The notes beneath the pieces are model-generated. The model saw only the letters and a program-made list of their open reading frames with translations. It did no database searches and was not told the DNA's origin. The position numbers and the translations under genes were made by a program. A DNA stretch of 64,000 nucleotides from Sphaerodactylus townsendi (taxonomy: Eukaryota): contig NC_059431.1 of the NCBI RefSeq assembly GCF_021028975.2, forward strand, positions 36,208,001 to 36,272,000, in the 5' to 3' direction. The first letter of the stretch is position 1. Every line of letters begins with the position of its first letter. Below are positions 48,631 through 60,342 of the stretch, piece by piece.

Positions 48631-48863
48631 CTGAATTTCTCATATGTCTCAGAGAGGTAACTGTTCATGGATGAAAGATGTGCGTTTTCTCCTTCAAAGA
48701 GATTGTTTGAGGCTGCATGCTGTAGAACTTTGGCCACACAACCTAAATTTCTCCTCTGATCAGGGTGGATCTGGCCTCCAGCTGTCATGTCAATGATGTC
48801 AAAACCATCAGGGGCAACAATGGCTGGGTTCATGTACCGGTAGTAAAGGAGATTCCCAATAAT
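48631..48863 (-). CDS. IQGAP2: IQGAP2 exon (IIGNLLYYRYMNPAIVAPDGFD...ETYEKF; GRD)
   Basis: 233 nt, cctatAG / GTctgt, phase 0-2. Carries the IQGAP signature YYRYMNPAIVAPD. Confidence 0.95.
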
Positions 48864-49597
48864 CTATAGGAAAAGGAGCATTTTCAGATTTTTCTCCTCT
48901 TTATATTCATCCCACTAAACAGCAATACTGCAATGGAATATGCATTATTACAAGAACAGAAGCAGAGAGAGTCCCAAGGAGATTATTTCCACCAACTCCA
49001 TGGCAGCCCAAAACAAACTCCAAAATGTTGTTCTTGTGGGATAGCAGCCTTCAAAACCAGCTTAGAAAAATTAAAATATTCCCTGCAGGAGGGGATATTG
49101 AGAAAAAAATCCTTGCACCCATAGAAATCTAGGCAGGATCCAAACCAAAATCTAGTAAAAATTGTACTAGATCAAATATAGAAAGCATATGTACATCTCA
49201 TAGCCTGCCTAAAATGGCATATACTTACAGCAACTGCCTAAAATGGCATAGATACTTAGAGCAACTGTAATAGTATAGAGAAATTATTAATGATGCATAA
49301 TTCCCAGAAATTCTCTCCAAACAGTTCAGCCTGAGACTGATAATTTAGATTATCAGAGGTCGATTCCGCACAGGGTGTAGGACTCTATATATGTGTAGCA
49401 GATTTTTTTTAAAAAAAAGCAGAAGCATCTCTGTGCAAAGGTGTGAAAGCAACCTGGATTTTTTCCATGGGCTCCAATCGCTGCCTGCATGGCAGGCATG
49501 TGAATGGGAAAAAGGGAAATGGGTTCCTTTATTTTGCTGGTGGAATCAACCAGAGTTTAACTGCAGCTTCTCATGACACCCTCACAGGGACATAAAC

Positions 49598-50530
49598 CCG
49601 TATATAACTAAGCGATATAAGTTCGAATTCTCGGCATTTAAGTCGGTGGGCACCTAATTTTACCACAAAAAACTGGGAAAACTTATTGACTCGCGTATAA
49701 GTCGAGGGTGGGAAATGCAGCAGCTGCTGGTAAATTTCAAAAATAAAAATAGATGCCAATAAAATTACATCAATTGAGGCATCAGTAGGTTAAATGTTTT
49801 TGAATATTTATTTCAAAGAAAAACAGTAAACTGGCTCTGTAAGTGGAAAAGAGGGTCAACAAGAACAATATGGTCTCAACAATAACTTTTAAAAGTACAA
49901 AAAACCTTAGGCCTCAACCAGCAACCACAATGGCCTAAAACACAAGAGTTAAAATCATCCAAAACTGGATTTCTCATCATCATTCACTGGCATCATGTCC
50001 AAATGTAATCCAACTTAGATTTTAAGAGGGATATTTATCAGAAATGGAAAATGCACTACTATTAGCTTCCATAGTAAACAATGGGGGATGGGGCATCCCC
50101 TTTGGGGGTCTATAATTTTGGATCCCCTGACCCAAACTTTACCAAACCTGGCTGGTATCATAAAGAGACTCTCCTGATGAGACCAGCCAGGTTTGGTGAA
50201 GTTTGGTTCAGAGGGTCCAAAGTTATGGACCCTCAAAAGGGTAGCCCCATCTACTAATAGCTCCCATTGAAAACAATGGGGAATGTGGGCACCTCATTTG
50301 GGGGTCCATAACTTTGGACCCCCTGAACCAAACTTTACCAAACTTGGCTGGTCTCATCAGGAGTGTCTTCTGAGGGTACCCTGAAATTAGCTAGCATAAA
50401 AACTGCGCCCCCTGCTGGCCGGCAAAGTAAAAACACACAAAATTTTTAATGACCCGCATATAAGTTGAGGGGAGCTTTTTCAGCATTAAAAATGTGCTGA
50501 AAAATTCGACTTATACATGAGTATATATGG
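49598..50530. mobile_element. Tc2/pogo-like non-autonomous transposon with internal repeat module
   Basis: ccgtatata...tataagttcga / tcgacttatacatgagtatatatgg|TA ends. Interior 50060-50420 is shared with 28250-28478. Confidence 0.7.
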
Positions 50531-51295
50531 TAATACACTTGCATTTACACATGCTCCCTTCTACTTCACCTCTCCCCTCATCAACGTAATGAACCCTGTC
50601 AGTGTTGAGTGCACTGACTACTCATCACAGCAGAATTGGGACCAGTGTAATTGTGAGACGTTTTAGAAAAGTATTAGAAAAGGCCTCTTAAATAGAAAGA
50701 CCTAATCAACACATACTTAGTCATCTTTATCTCCGATGTATCTTTTGTTCCACACAAAGATAACAACAGCAGCTTTTAGGAAGAAGAAGAAATTTACAAT
50801 CCATGGAATGAGATGGGAGGAAAGGGTTAAATGACCCCTTCCCTCAGCAAAATGCCCTTGATCAAATTGGCAGTCACAAGCAATGGCTTGGATGTAGCTT
50901 TAAAAAGAACCAGAAATCTTATCACAGATCTCATATCCCACAACTAGTTTCGGCCCTTACAGACTGCACATCTGCCAACCACATCATTTATGGGATGAAT
51001 GGATTCCAAGAAGATTCTGCATCTCCTAAATATACCGGCTCTTCAGACTGGACAAAATGTCACATTCTCAAAGTATATATACACATAAACATAATAAAAA
51101 ACAAGGTTATTACAGTATTTATTCTAATGCTATTATGATCATAGACACATTGATTTTTTTAAAAAATGCATTCTAGCTGGACCAGAATTTTTTTTTAAAA
51201 AACAAACTTACGAATCTACGAGGACTATGCTACTTGTAAAGGTAGGCATTTGATTCCTACAATGATAACATAGTCCATTTCCTTGTATTCCCATC

Positions 51296-51459
51296 CAAGG
51301 GTCTGCAACCTGCGGCTCTCCAGATGTTCATGGACTACAATTCCCACTAGCCCCTGCCAGCATGACCAATTGGCCAATTGTGTGGCCAACTGGTCATGCT
51401 GGCAGGGGCTGATTGGAATTGTAGTCCATGAACATCTGGAGAGCTGCAGGTTGCAGACC
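51296..51459. mobile_element. Near-perfect hairpin MITE (related to 6992 family)
   Basis: ggtctgcaacctgcggctctccagatgttcatggactacaattcc... pairs with its reverse complement ending ...caggttgcagacc. Confidence 0.85.
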
Positions 51460-51820
51460 GACAGGAACAGCCATTGGTGATTTGTGATATTCCTAACCAC
51501 AGTCATACTGCTCACAGATGAAGGGATGTGGATAGAGATTCTTAACATTTGTGAGGTCTGGAGGCACAGATGTTGAAAAGAAACCAGAGGAGGATGCTAC
51601 AAGTTTTTTTGCAAAAAGGGTGGAGGGAGAACAAAAGCCTAAAACTGAACACTTTCTGAGAAAGCATTTTGTAAAAACGCATCTCCAAGTCTTTACGTAA
51701 CAAAACATTGAGCATCTTCTCCCTATTCCTTGAGTTACCTTGTTTCCCAATGCAAATAATTTTTCCTTGCAGCATAACAATGAACAAACAACAGGCTAAC
51801 AAATCCCCCTTGCAATCTAC

Positions 51821-51905
51821 CTTTAATAGCTCATCTTCTGTTGCATCTGGGAATTTCTCATGCAGCGAGTTCTTCAGAACTTTGGCTATATATCTCATTC
51901 CATAA
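51821..51905 (-). CDS. IQGAP2: IQGAP2 exon (YGMRYIAKVLKNSLHEKFPDATEDELLK)
   Basis: 85 nt, ttccatatAG / GTagat, phase 2-0. Confidence 0.95.
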
Positions 51906-52251
51906 CTATATGGAAAACATATGAAAAAGGAAAATAATGGGTGAAAGCAACTTATTCAAGTCAACCAAAAGGAAAATAGAGAGAGAGAGCGCATACACCT
52001 TGTACATTGCTTTCTTAGAAACAACTAAACAAAACATGACAACATGAGAAAAGGAAAATATATATGTGTTTAGATGTGAACTATTTGGTTTTGGTGATAT
52101 GGAGAGACTGCTCCCCTCTGCTGGTGAACTGTTCTTATAAATCAAAACATGCCTTAATTAAGGCTGTTACTTAAATAAGAGAAAGATCTTGCTTTTAAAA
52201 GATTTTTTTTTAAAAAATGCATAAAGGGTTTTCTTCAGTCCCTGTACTTAC

Positions 52252-52392
52252 GGCATTAAGTTCAGAGAAGAAAATATGGAAGCGAGAACTTTATCAGTTA
52301 CTGCTATGAGGCTCTGAATTGAGGACTCCAGTCGATTCACTACTTCAGGATGCATCAATGCTTGTTCTGTTGTTACATCATAAGGTAATTTG
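52252..52392 (-). CDS. IQGAP2: IQGAP2 exon (KLPYDVTTEQAL...SSLNLM)
   Basis: 141 nt, ttcttgtAG / GTaagt, phase 2-2. Confidence 0.95.
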
Positions 52393-52468
52393 CTACAAGA
52401 AAAGAAACAACAATAAGTAAACATGAATCACACTTTGAATATGTTATAACATAGGGTTCAATGTCTCC

Positions 52469-52812
52469 AGCAGCAGTGGCGTAGGAGTGGCGTAGCAGTG
52501 GCATAGGAGGTTAAGAGAAGTGGCATAGGAGGTTAAGAGATCGTGTATCTAATCTGGAGGAACCGAGTTTGATTCCCAGCTCTGCCACCTGAGCTGTGGA
52601 GGTTTATCTGGGGAATTCAGATTAGCCTGTGCACTCCCACACACGCCAGCTGGGTGACCTTGAGCTAGTCACAGCTTCTCAGAGCTCTCACAGTCCCACC
52701 CACCTCACAGGGTGTTTGTTGTGAGGGGGGAAGGGCAAGGAGATTGTAAGCCCCTTTGAGTCTTCTGCAGGAGAGAAAGGGGGGATAGAAATCCAAACTC
52801 TTCTTCTTCTTC
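52469..52812 (+). mobile_element. tRNA/CORE SINE (Squam3-like) with tandemly repeated head
   Basis: agtggc(g/a)tag occurs four times at 52474-52530, followed by a full body and a (CTT)n tail. Confidence 0.85.
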
Positions 52813-53242
52813 CTCTGAAGAACAGTTCGGATAAAAGGATTTCTTATATTTATATGAAGAACAAAATCCAACAGGACACAGGGAGTTTTCATGTTCTTAA
52901 AGGGGAGTGGGTCTTTCTGCCACTTCTTGCTGCAGCAACAGCCACTTGAATATCTGTTTGCAGGGGCCAGATCACATTTTAAATGAAAGCACAGAAGGCA
53001 TGATTAGCTGCTCAACCACTCCAGTGACATCCGCATCCAGAACCTTAAGATGAGCCAGTAACATAGAACTAAGTCAATAAAACACTGCCCAACACATTTC
53101 AGAGATTCATCTAACCTGATTGCATGTTAAAAGACTAAGATGTACACTACACGTAGGAACCAGACAACTGGTTCTCCCATAGTCACAGCAAAGAATCCTC
53201 CTCCATATTGCTAGAGGAAAGTACCACTGGAATCCAAAATCA

Positions 53243-53898
53243 GATGAACCAAACTTCGCCAAACCTGGGTGGTATCATCAAGAGAGTCTCCTAAAGATAA
53301 CCTGAAAGTTTGGTGCTGCTAGATTAACAATTGCACCCCTGACAGCAGGCACCCCCCAAATTTCCCCAGATTCTCCTTTTAAATCCACCCCCTTTGGCAT
53401 GGATTTAATGGGAGAATCCGAGGTCCCCAGTTTAAACACTGAAAGTGATGCTGTTTCAGGGTTGGGGAGAATCCACCCTAAAACAGCATCACTTTCAATG
53501 TTGAAAGAATTCAGACCCCAGATTCTCCCTTTAAGGGGGATTTAAAAGGAGAATCTGGGCTCCCTAGTTTAAACACCATTGAAAATGATGCTGTTTGAGG
53601 GTGGATTCCAGCATCACAGCGACTGCCCATGCCGGGGGGGGGGGGGGGGGGGGGGCAGGCACAAAACTCAGATTTTGCACTGGACTCCATTTTCCCTAGC
53701 TACGCCTCTGCCCAGAAGTGAGGGCAGAAGGAACTGCCAGCTGCCAGCTGGGAGCCCAGCCAATGGGTCGGGGGGCAGGGGAGTCTGCTGTCCCTAACCT
53801 CAGAGAGCTGCTTTTATAAGAACTGAGGCTGGGGGCGGGGCTTGGGGAGACATGGTCCCCCTAATCCCCCCAATAAAAAATCTATACCTACGTTCCTG
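53243..53898. mobile_element. Inverted relative of the 27590-28478 repeat (hAT-like end ...tacgttcctg)
   Basis: Shared ctccattttccctagctacgcctctgcccag and aaacagcatcactttcaatg blocks. Poly-G at 53633-53655. Confidence 0.7.
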
Positions 53899-54010
53899 AC
53901 CAATAGTGAAACAAAGATGACAGAAAGTTACAGATAGAAAGTTAAAAATAGTTGTAGGAGTAGATAAGCCAAGGAATACAAGTGCGGTGGAGGAAGGTTT
54001 ACACTACATG

Positions 54011-54176
54011 GGACTTGTGTTGATAGCGAAGGATTTGTCATCCATTATATCTTTCATCACTGGTGCCAAAAGATGTCGCAGAGTGTTCTGTCCTCTGGTA
54101 CTTTGATTGATGTTTACAACCATCTTGATGACTGTAGGATTTCCAGTGACAACATCTTGAACCTGGTCTACTTTGG
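54011..54176 (-). pseudogene. Partial duplicate (pseudo-exon) of IQGAP2 exon 54780-55004
   Basis: Ungapped 166-bp match to 54837-55002 with 9 mismatches by hand count. No splice sites; in-frame TAG directly after. Confidence 0.92.
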
Positions 54177-54382
54177 GGCATTTAAAGCATCAACTTCCTT
54201 AGCAGAAACTGGTCCCTATTCTCCACAGACAGAATATGTAGATATTAAAGGGGACCACACAATTTCCCAGAATGCCTACTTCATTCACTTTTTGACTAAT
54301 GGGGGCCAAGTCTCCTGTCTGCAATTCTGGCATCAATACCTCTTCTCAAATATATTTCAATGATTTACCGGCACAGTTCTGA

Positions 54383-54462
54383 TTATTTTATTTATTTATT
54401 TATTTATTTTTTCAAACTTATATACCGCCCAATCCCCGAAGGGCTCTGGGCGGTGAACAACA
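54383..54462 (-). mobile_element. L2-type LINE 3' tail
   Basis: (ATTT)n plus tataccgccc...gggcggtgaaca stem-loop. A similar piece lies at 57760-57822. Confidence 0.6.
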
Positions 54463-54779
54463 TAAAATTCAAATACAAATAAACATAAAATCAAATGCCC
54501 CCCCCCCCCCCCGCCCACAACCCCCATGATTACATGCTGCTTTCCCATTATTGAAGCACAATATCTATGAATGTCTTTAATCAAAGGGAAATGGAATTTT
54601 ACCACAGCTTGAGAATCTGTACCTTTGAATCAAATGCAAATTTCATGAAAATGTGTCAGCCAAGACAAATAAGATGAAATGTATTTCAGATTTTTATATT
54701 AGATTAGTCTAAAGATAATGACACTCTCTCAGAAAGAACCTTAAGGATACTGAAAATTGAGCTCAGTTGGTGCACTTAC

Positions 54780-55004
54780 CTGGCTTCTCCAGTTTGCATT
54801 TCTAATTGGTTTACCCATGCCTTGTAAACTTCCACAGGACTTGTGTTGATAGCTAAGGATTTGTCATCCATTATATCTTTCACCACTGGTGCCAAAAGAT
54901 GTCGCAGAGTGTTCTGTCCTCTGGTACTCCGATTAAAGCTTACAACCATCTTGATGACTGTAGGATTTCCAGTGACAATATCTTGAATCTGGTCTACTTT
55001 GGAA
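54780..55004 (-). CDS. IQGAP2: IQGAP2 exon (SKVDQIQDIVTGNPTVIKM...QTGEA; GRD)
   Basis: 225 nt, tctctactgcAG / GTaagt, phase 2-2. Confidence 0.95.
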
Positions 55005-55535
55005 CTGCAGTAGAGAAGATGACTTTTAAATATCATGACAAACTATTGGAAAATATCACTTTTAAATATGATGACAAACACTGTTGCTTTTGGCTGCACT
55101 TGTTAGTTCATTAGAAACCTGTTTTTCCCATTCATTTGCCATTAAATCTTTTTAAACTTAGCAGCATTTTTTAAACTTAGCAGCACTATTCTATTCAGCA
55201 GAAAATAGATTGACATAAAGATTTTTCTTGAGCTAAAATATAGAATTACAGCTTGAAAAAATCTGTTTAGGATTTATAATGTGATCTTGCATGTCTACTC
55301 TAAACTATAAAAAATCCTCTGGGTTGGATTCAAAAGGGTCCTGTTAACAACAGGAGCCTTTTCACAAAGAATACAGCACCTTTGGATCCAATGTCACATG
55401 ACTAGTAACTAGTGTTTACCTTCCCCTACCTGCCATAAATAATGTAAAAACTGGCATTTTGGTTGAGCAGATACAACACTAACTTCCTGACAAAAAAGCT
55501 GAATATGGGGACTTTGGTTCATTTAATGTACACAC

Positions 55536-55699
55536 TTTATTTCTTCTTCTAGAGCAGTTTTGAAGAGCTTCAGTAGCAAGTATTCTTCTCGCTGGTTAGA
55601 TGCATAGTTGTACAGTGTGAAGATAACTGTGTCCATAAACTTGGTGGATTTATTCTGGGGCATCTGGAAAATCAGCTTTGCCAGGTAAGTTGGGTTGGT
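55536..55699 (-). CDS. IQGAP2: IQGAP2 exon (TNPTYLAKLIFQMPQNKSTKFMD...ALEEEI)
   Basis: 164 nt, tttccatAG / GTgtgt, phase 0-2. Confidence 0.95.
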
Positions 55700-56971
55700 C
55701 TATGGAAAGAATAAAAGAATGACAGTGAATTCACATTAATAAAAATGTTCAAGTGTTGCACTACCTACTTTATCAACAATCAGAAACCTGAAGAATCTGC
55801 ATTACACTTGCAATTCAAGTTTGTTTTTGATTGAAAACTTGCTTGCAGAGGGATTGTAGGTACCAGAGAAAAGAAAAGATACTAAGATACTGAGCATCAA
55901 CATTCTGCAACAGATAGATAACTCTTCGGTTTCTTTCATCAGCCATGACTGATGTCAGTTGCAGTTCATGAACTGTTTGCTTTTGTTTTTTAAGTGGTAT
56001 GAGTTTACTGACCAAACCCAGAAGCACTTGCTTGCATTACTAACTATGGCTGGCCTGCCATGACACCACCTCTTCTATCCACAGAGCTGCACTGATGGAA
56101 GTATGAGGAAAAGGCAACTTTTCTCCGATCTTCCTTCTAATTGTGGCCCCCTGAAGAATGTAGCTATAAGTCCACATGAGTCCCAAAACTCTAAGATGCA
56201 GCTTTTCTGGGATTGGAAAGGACTACACGGGGACACGGATCAAGAGATCCATGGATCCAATCCAGTAAAGTAATTTTATACAATAATACCAAAGGTTCAC
56301 TTATAAACAAAGTAAGGCAAATGCAAAGATGTCAAATTTAAACAGGCCGCAGGTCTCAAACTCCCCATCTATGTGCCCAGGAGCCACACCCATAATTTCA
56401 GTCAACTTTGATAAAAGGAGCCCATGAATCAGATTCTAAAAATATTTTTTCCCTAACCAACCTCAATATGCTACCTTTCCATATCTCTTCACCAGCACTG
56501 CGCCACGCGAGGCCTTAGCACCCTCCTGCAGTTCACAACCCGGCACCATCTTTCCTTCTATTCTGGAACTTTTGTTGCTGGAACAGTCATATTTCTCCAC
56601 TCCCGACAGACTACACATTCCCTTCATCAAAGTCCCTTTCCAGTCACCAAAGATTTATTGATGGCAAAGAGTGGTAAATTACAGATTCCACATGTCTTGA
56701 TTAAAATGTAACTTCTAATTTAATTCCCAATTTAAATGTAATGTGAACAGAGGTTCAGGCAATAGTAGCCACTGATAAAGGCCCTTTGCCTTGCCAAGAA
56801 CATTGTTTCCTCATGCTGAATTTGTTCCAATAATATTGTCTGGAATGTGGCAGCAGCATTAAAACTGCACACTGAGGACCCAATAACTTAATAAGGTCCT
56901 CTGAGAATTAGATCTGACAAACTTGCACTGCCTTTGAAGTAACTTAAGCTCAGTTTTTCATGAAATTGAAC

Positions 56972-57272
56972 AAGAAGAAGAAGATTTGGATTTATATCCC
57001 CCCTTGATCTCCTATAGGAGACTCAAAGGGGCTCACAAACTCCTTTCCCTTTCCCCCTCACAACAAACATCCTGTGAGGTAGTTGGGGCTGAGAGAGCTC
57101 TGAAAAGCTGTGACTAGCCCAAGGTCACCCAGCTGGCATGTGTGGGAGTGCACAAGGCTAATCTGAATTCCCCAGATATGCCTCCACAGCTCAGGCGGCA
57201 GAGCAGGGAATCAAACCCGGTTCCTCCAGATGAGAGTACATCTGCTCTTAACCACTACGACACTGCTGCTCC
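56972..57272 (-). mobile_element. tRNA/CORE SINE (Squam3-like), full length
   Basis: Reverse complement of the 3225 copy, (CTT)n tail. Confidence 0.85.
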
Positions 57273-57489
57273 TTTGAATTTGCATTTGAATTCCTTATAT
57301 TGTATTAATAAGGGTTACCAGTGAATGAGAACTGATAGTGTTGTACCACCCCTGGTATATTCTGTGCTTATAGTTAGGGACCACAAGACAGCAAAGCTTG
57401 TGAAAATGGAAACATAGACACTTACAGGTAGGAGACAAGTTGCCAATTTTAAAAAACAAACCAGAATCTTCAGTAATGCAACAACTCAC

Positions 57490-57639
57490 TTGGAGAAGGT
57501 AAAACAAGTGCTGATAGGCTTCCAACTTCTTCCTCCTCTCTTTGCTCAATCCTTTGATGCCCTGCTTCTCCCCAGTCACCATCTCTTCTGCTCGATTTTT
57601 GTTCTTTTTGTCCAGCTTCTTGCTGTGTGACACGACATC
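57490..57639 (-). CDS. IQGAP2: IQGAP2 exon (DVVSHSKKL...YQHLFYLLQ)
   Basis: 150 nt, ttacAG / GTgagt. Confidence 0.95.
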
Positions 57640-59588
57640 CTGTAAATACAATTGAGAATGTCAGATAATAGTCACAAATGTTAAGGTAAATGAAAACTGC
57701 AGTTACATCAGCACCCGAAGAGTAAAGAGGCAGAGGGAAGACAAATCAGTATTTGATATGGTTTATGGTTTATTAGATTTGTACACCGCCCTCCCCCGAA
57801 TGGCTCAGGGCAGTGAACAACAGCTGCATAAAGATAATATCAATAGCATAACAGTAAATAACAACCAGCAAAAACATAACATCAATGAACATAGAATAAA
57901 TAATATAGCATTATAACATGTCATTCTAGCTACAATGCATATAACAGTTCAAACCTCATGTTATATGGCCAACCATAGCTCAGGATACTGTAATTTTATG
58001 CGGTGTTCTGTTAAGAGAAGACTAGAATGGCAGAGACTATGAAATTATCGATATAATACTGTGTTATTATAATGCTTGCTTGGGTATCTTAGTTTTGGAA
58101 TTTCTACTACATTAGCCTGAAATAATTGGTATGAATTAGCTTCATGGGAAACAAGAAATATACATTGAGCAGAACTTCAACCCCTTGTTAAAAGAATCAA
58201 CATACACTATTAAATATTTTTTCTATTATAGCCAAGAAATATAACAAGGTACCTCAACATGGTGCCCAAGGCCACCTGGACACCTGCCAGTACTTCCTCT
58301 TGTGCCTACCAAGCTTTTCAGAAAGCGAGTGGGGTCATTTATTAATTGTAACTCAAACGAAATGGTATTCCTTCACTGCAATAGCAGCTGCACCCACTGG
58401 ACCACCAGGGGTCCTTGTGAGAACTTGTAGTTTCCTAAGTTAGTATATGGTTCCATACTTCCTTCAGGCTTCTCCGCATTTCTTTTCATTCTTCCTTCTC
58501 TTTCTTACTCCCTCCTTCCTATGCTTGGGTTTTCTTTCATTTATTTTTATTCCTCTTCTGCAATATTTTGCAAAGTCAGAAGCAGCGTGATTGGCTCAGC
58601 TTGCAGCAGCCATTTTGGGGCTGAGCTCACCACCTCCTCTCAAAATTCCAAATGTGCCAATAGTCTCAAAAGGCTGCAGATCCCTGGCATATATCAACAT
58701 GTGGATTGCAATTCAGGTCTCAATTGATTACATAGGTTGTTCATTAAATGTAATGGAAGGGGAGTAAAATACAAGCTTTTTAACTTGTAATTATAATAAA
58801 TATAAACTTTATCATTTCATAATTATAACTAATTATGAGAAGTGTTGGAGTAAACTACTTTCCAGTCATTGCAGGAAATCTCATGCTGGGAACTCTAGTT
58901 GCCCACGCGGTCCATCTCACCATTGCCCCTGGGTTCTGATCTGGTCCCTCAAAGGCAAATATTCCTTTCTGAGAAGAGATAGCTGGAAGTTGTCTTAACG
59001 GTTCTCTTCCTAAGAAACCTTTGAAGCAGGAAACTTAAATTGATTAGGAAAAGGCTGCTATAAAAGAATGGTGACGAAGGGGCCATTTTGGTTGATGTCA
59101 CAGTTCAAGTTTAATATTGGTAGACCCTATTCTCTGGGGAAGAGAATTATGGGAGTTTAGTAAGTTGTGATACGGAATTAGGCTTACCTTGCAAATCACC
59201 ACTATATGGCTCTTCTAGGAAAAGCAGCAATGGCGAAAAGAACTGGTATAATTTGGTCTAGCCTTGGGATGTATGTGTTGTGCAAAACCAATCAAGCACA
59301 GCTGTAAAACCCATTAATGAAATAAGTATAGGAAAAGACAGAAAATACCAGTGGGTTTAAGACATCATGGGAAATCTTTAACTTTCAACAAGGTACAAAA
59401 TTTTTGCATGTCCACATGTAAGAATAAAGAGAAAGTGGAACAGTGCTGACAGATCACAGTTGCAGACTACATGCACAAATAATGTTAGCAGAAAACCTGC
59501 TGAATTCGCCAATCTGCGGATGTCTTATTGTTCAATGTATCGTACTGGCAACTATCTCATTTTCCAGAACAAAGCTACTGAAACCTAC

Positions 59589-59797
59589 CTGCAGAGTAAT
59601 TCTGTTTTTCACCAACAGCCCGATTTTGATATCCATCAGGTTTAGATCCTTCTCCAGCTGTTGACTAGATCTGATATTTGTGACCACCTCTTCCCTCAAC
59701 CGTGTGACTTCCAGTTCTTCTTGAAAGTCTAAATCACTCTGATCCATGAGATAAGCAAATTTGCGGAGGACATTCAAAGGTGGATTTTCAGAACCAG
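59589..59797 (-). CDS. IQGAP2: IQGAP2 exon (GSENPPL...VKNRITLQ)
   Basis: 209 nt, ttctAG / GTaggt, phase 1-0. Confidence 0.95.
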
Positions 59798-59959
59798 CTA
59801 GAAGCAAAGCACAGACAAGTCAGAAATTAAAGTCAGAACAACTTTAGACATTTGACTCTACATTTAAATTCAACAAACAAATAGTTGCAACCACACAGCT
59901 GGTGGTTGTGAAGGCATTTGCTACTAACTTAAATTCAGAAAATTAAATTCAGTACTTAC

Positions 59960-60029
59960 TCAATGTTCTATAATCTTCCCTAGCTTTGTTTGCTTTAATA
60001 AAGGCTTGAATTTTCACAATTTCTTCATT
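59960..60029 (-). CDS. IQGAP2: IQGAP2 exon (NEEIVKIQAFIKANKAREDYRTL; IQ4)
   Basis: 70 nt, tttttcAG / GTaagt, phase 0-1. Confidence 0.94.
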
Positions 60030-60270
60030 CTGAAAAAGATCGAAATTATGCATTTTTAGACACTTTGGAATTGAAAATATCTATAATATGTATATAGCTA
60101 ATTGTAATATCAATGAGCATTGTTACGGATAATTTTTCTTTCTCTAATCCACTTCCCCAGCTGTAACAAAGGCAGAGAATATGAGTTTTACTGTGAGGTG
60201 TTGTTTTTCTGAAGCCAAATTATGGCATTAGGGGCCAGAGGGTTTACCAAGTTTTTTTTTAATGACTTAC

Positions 60271-60342
60271 ATGATCTTTGAAGTACTGCAGTCGTTTTCT
60301 ATATGCTCTTCTTGCTAACCACATTTTGACCCATGACTGAAT
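60271..60342 (-). CDS. IQGAP2: IQGAP2 exon (IQSWVKMWLARRAYRKRLQYFKDH; IQ3)
   Basis: 72 nt, tttcAG / GTaagt. Confidence 0.94.
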
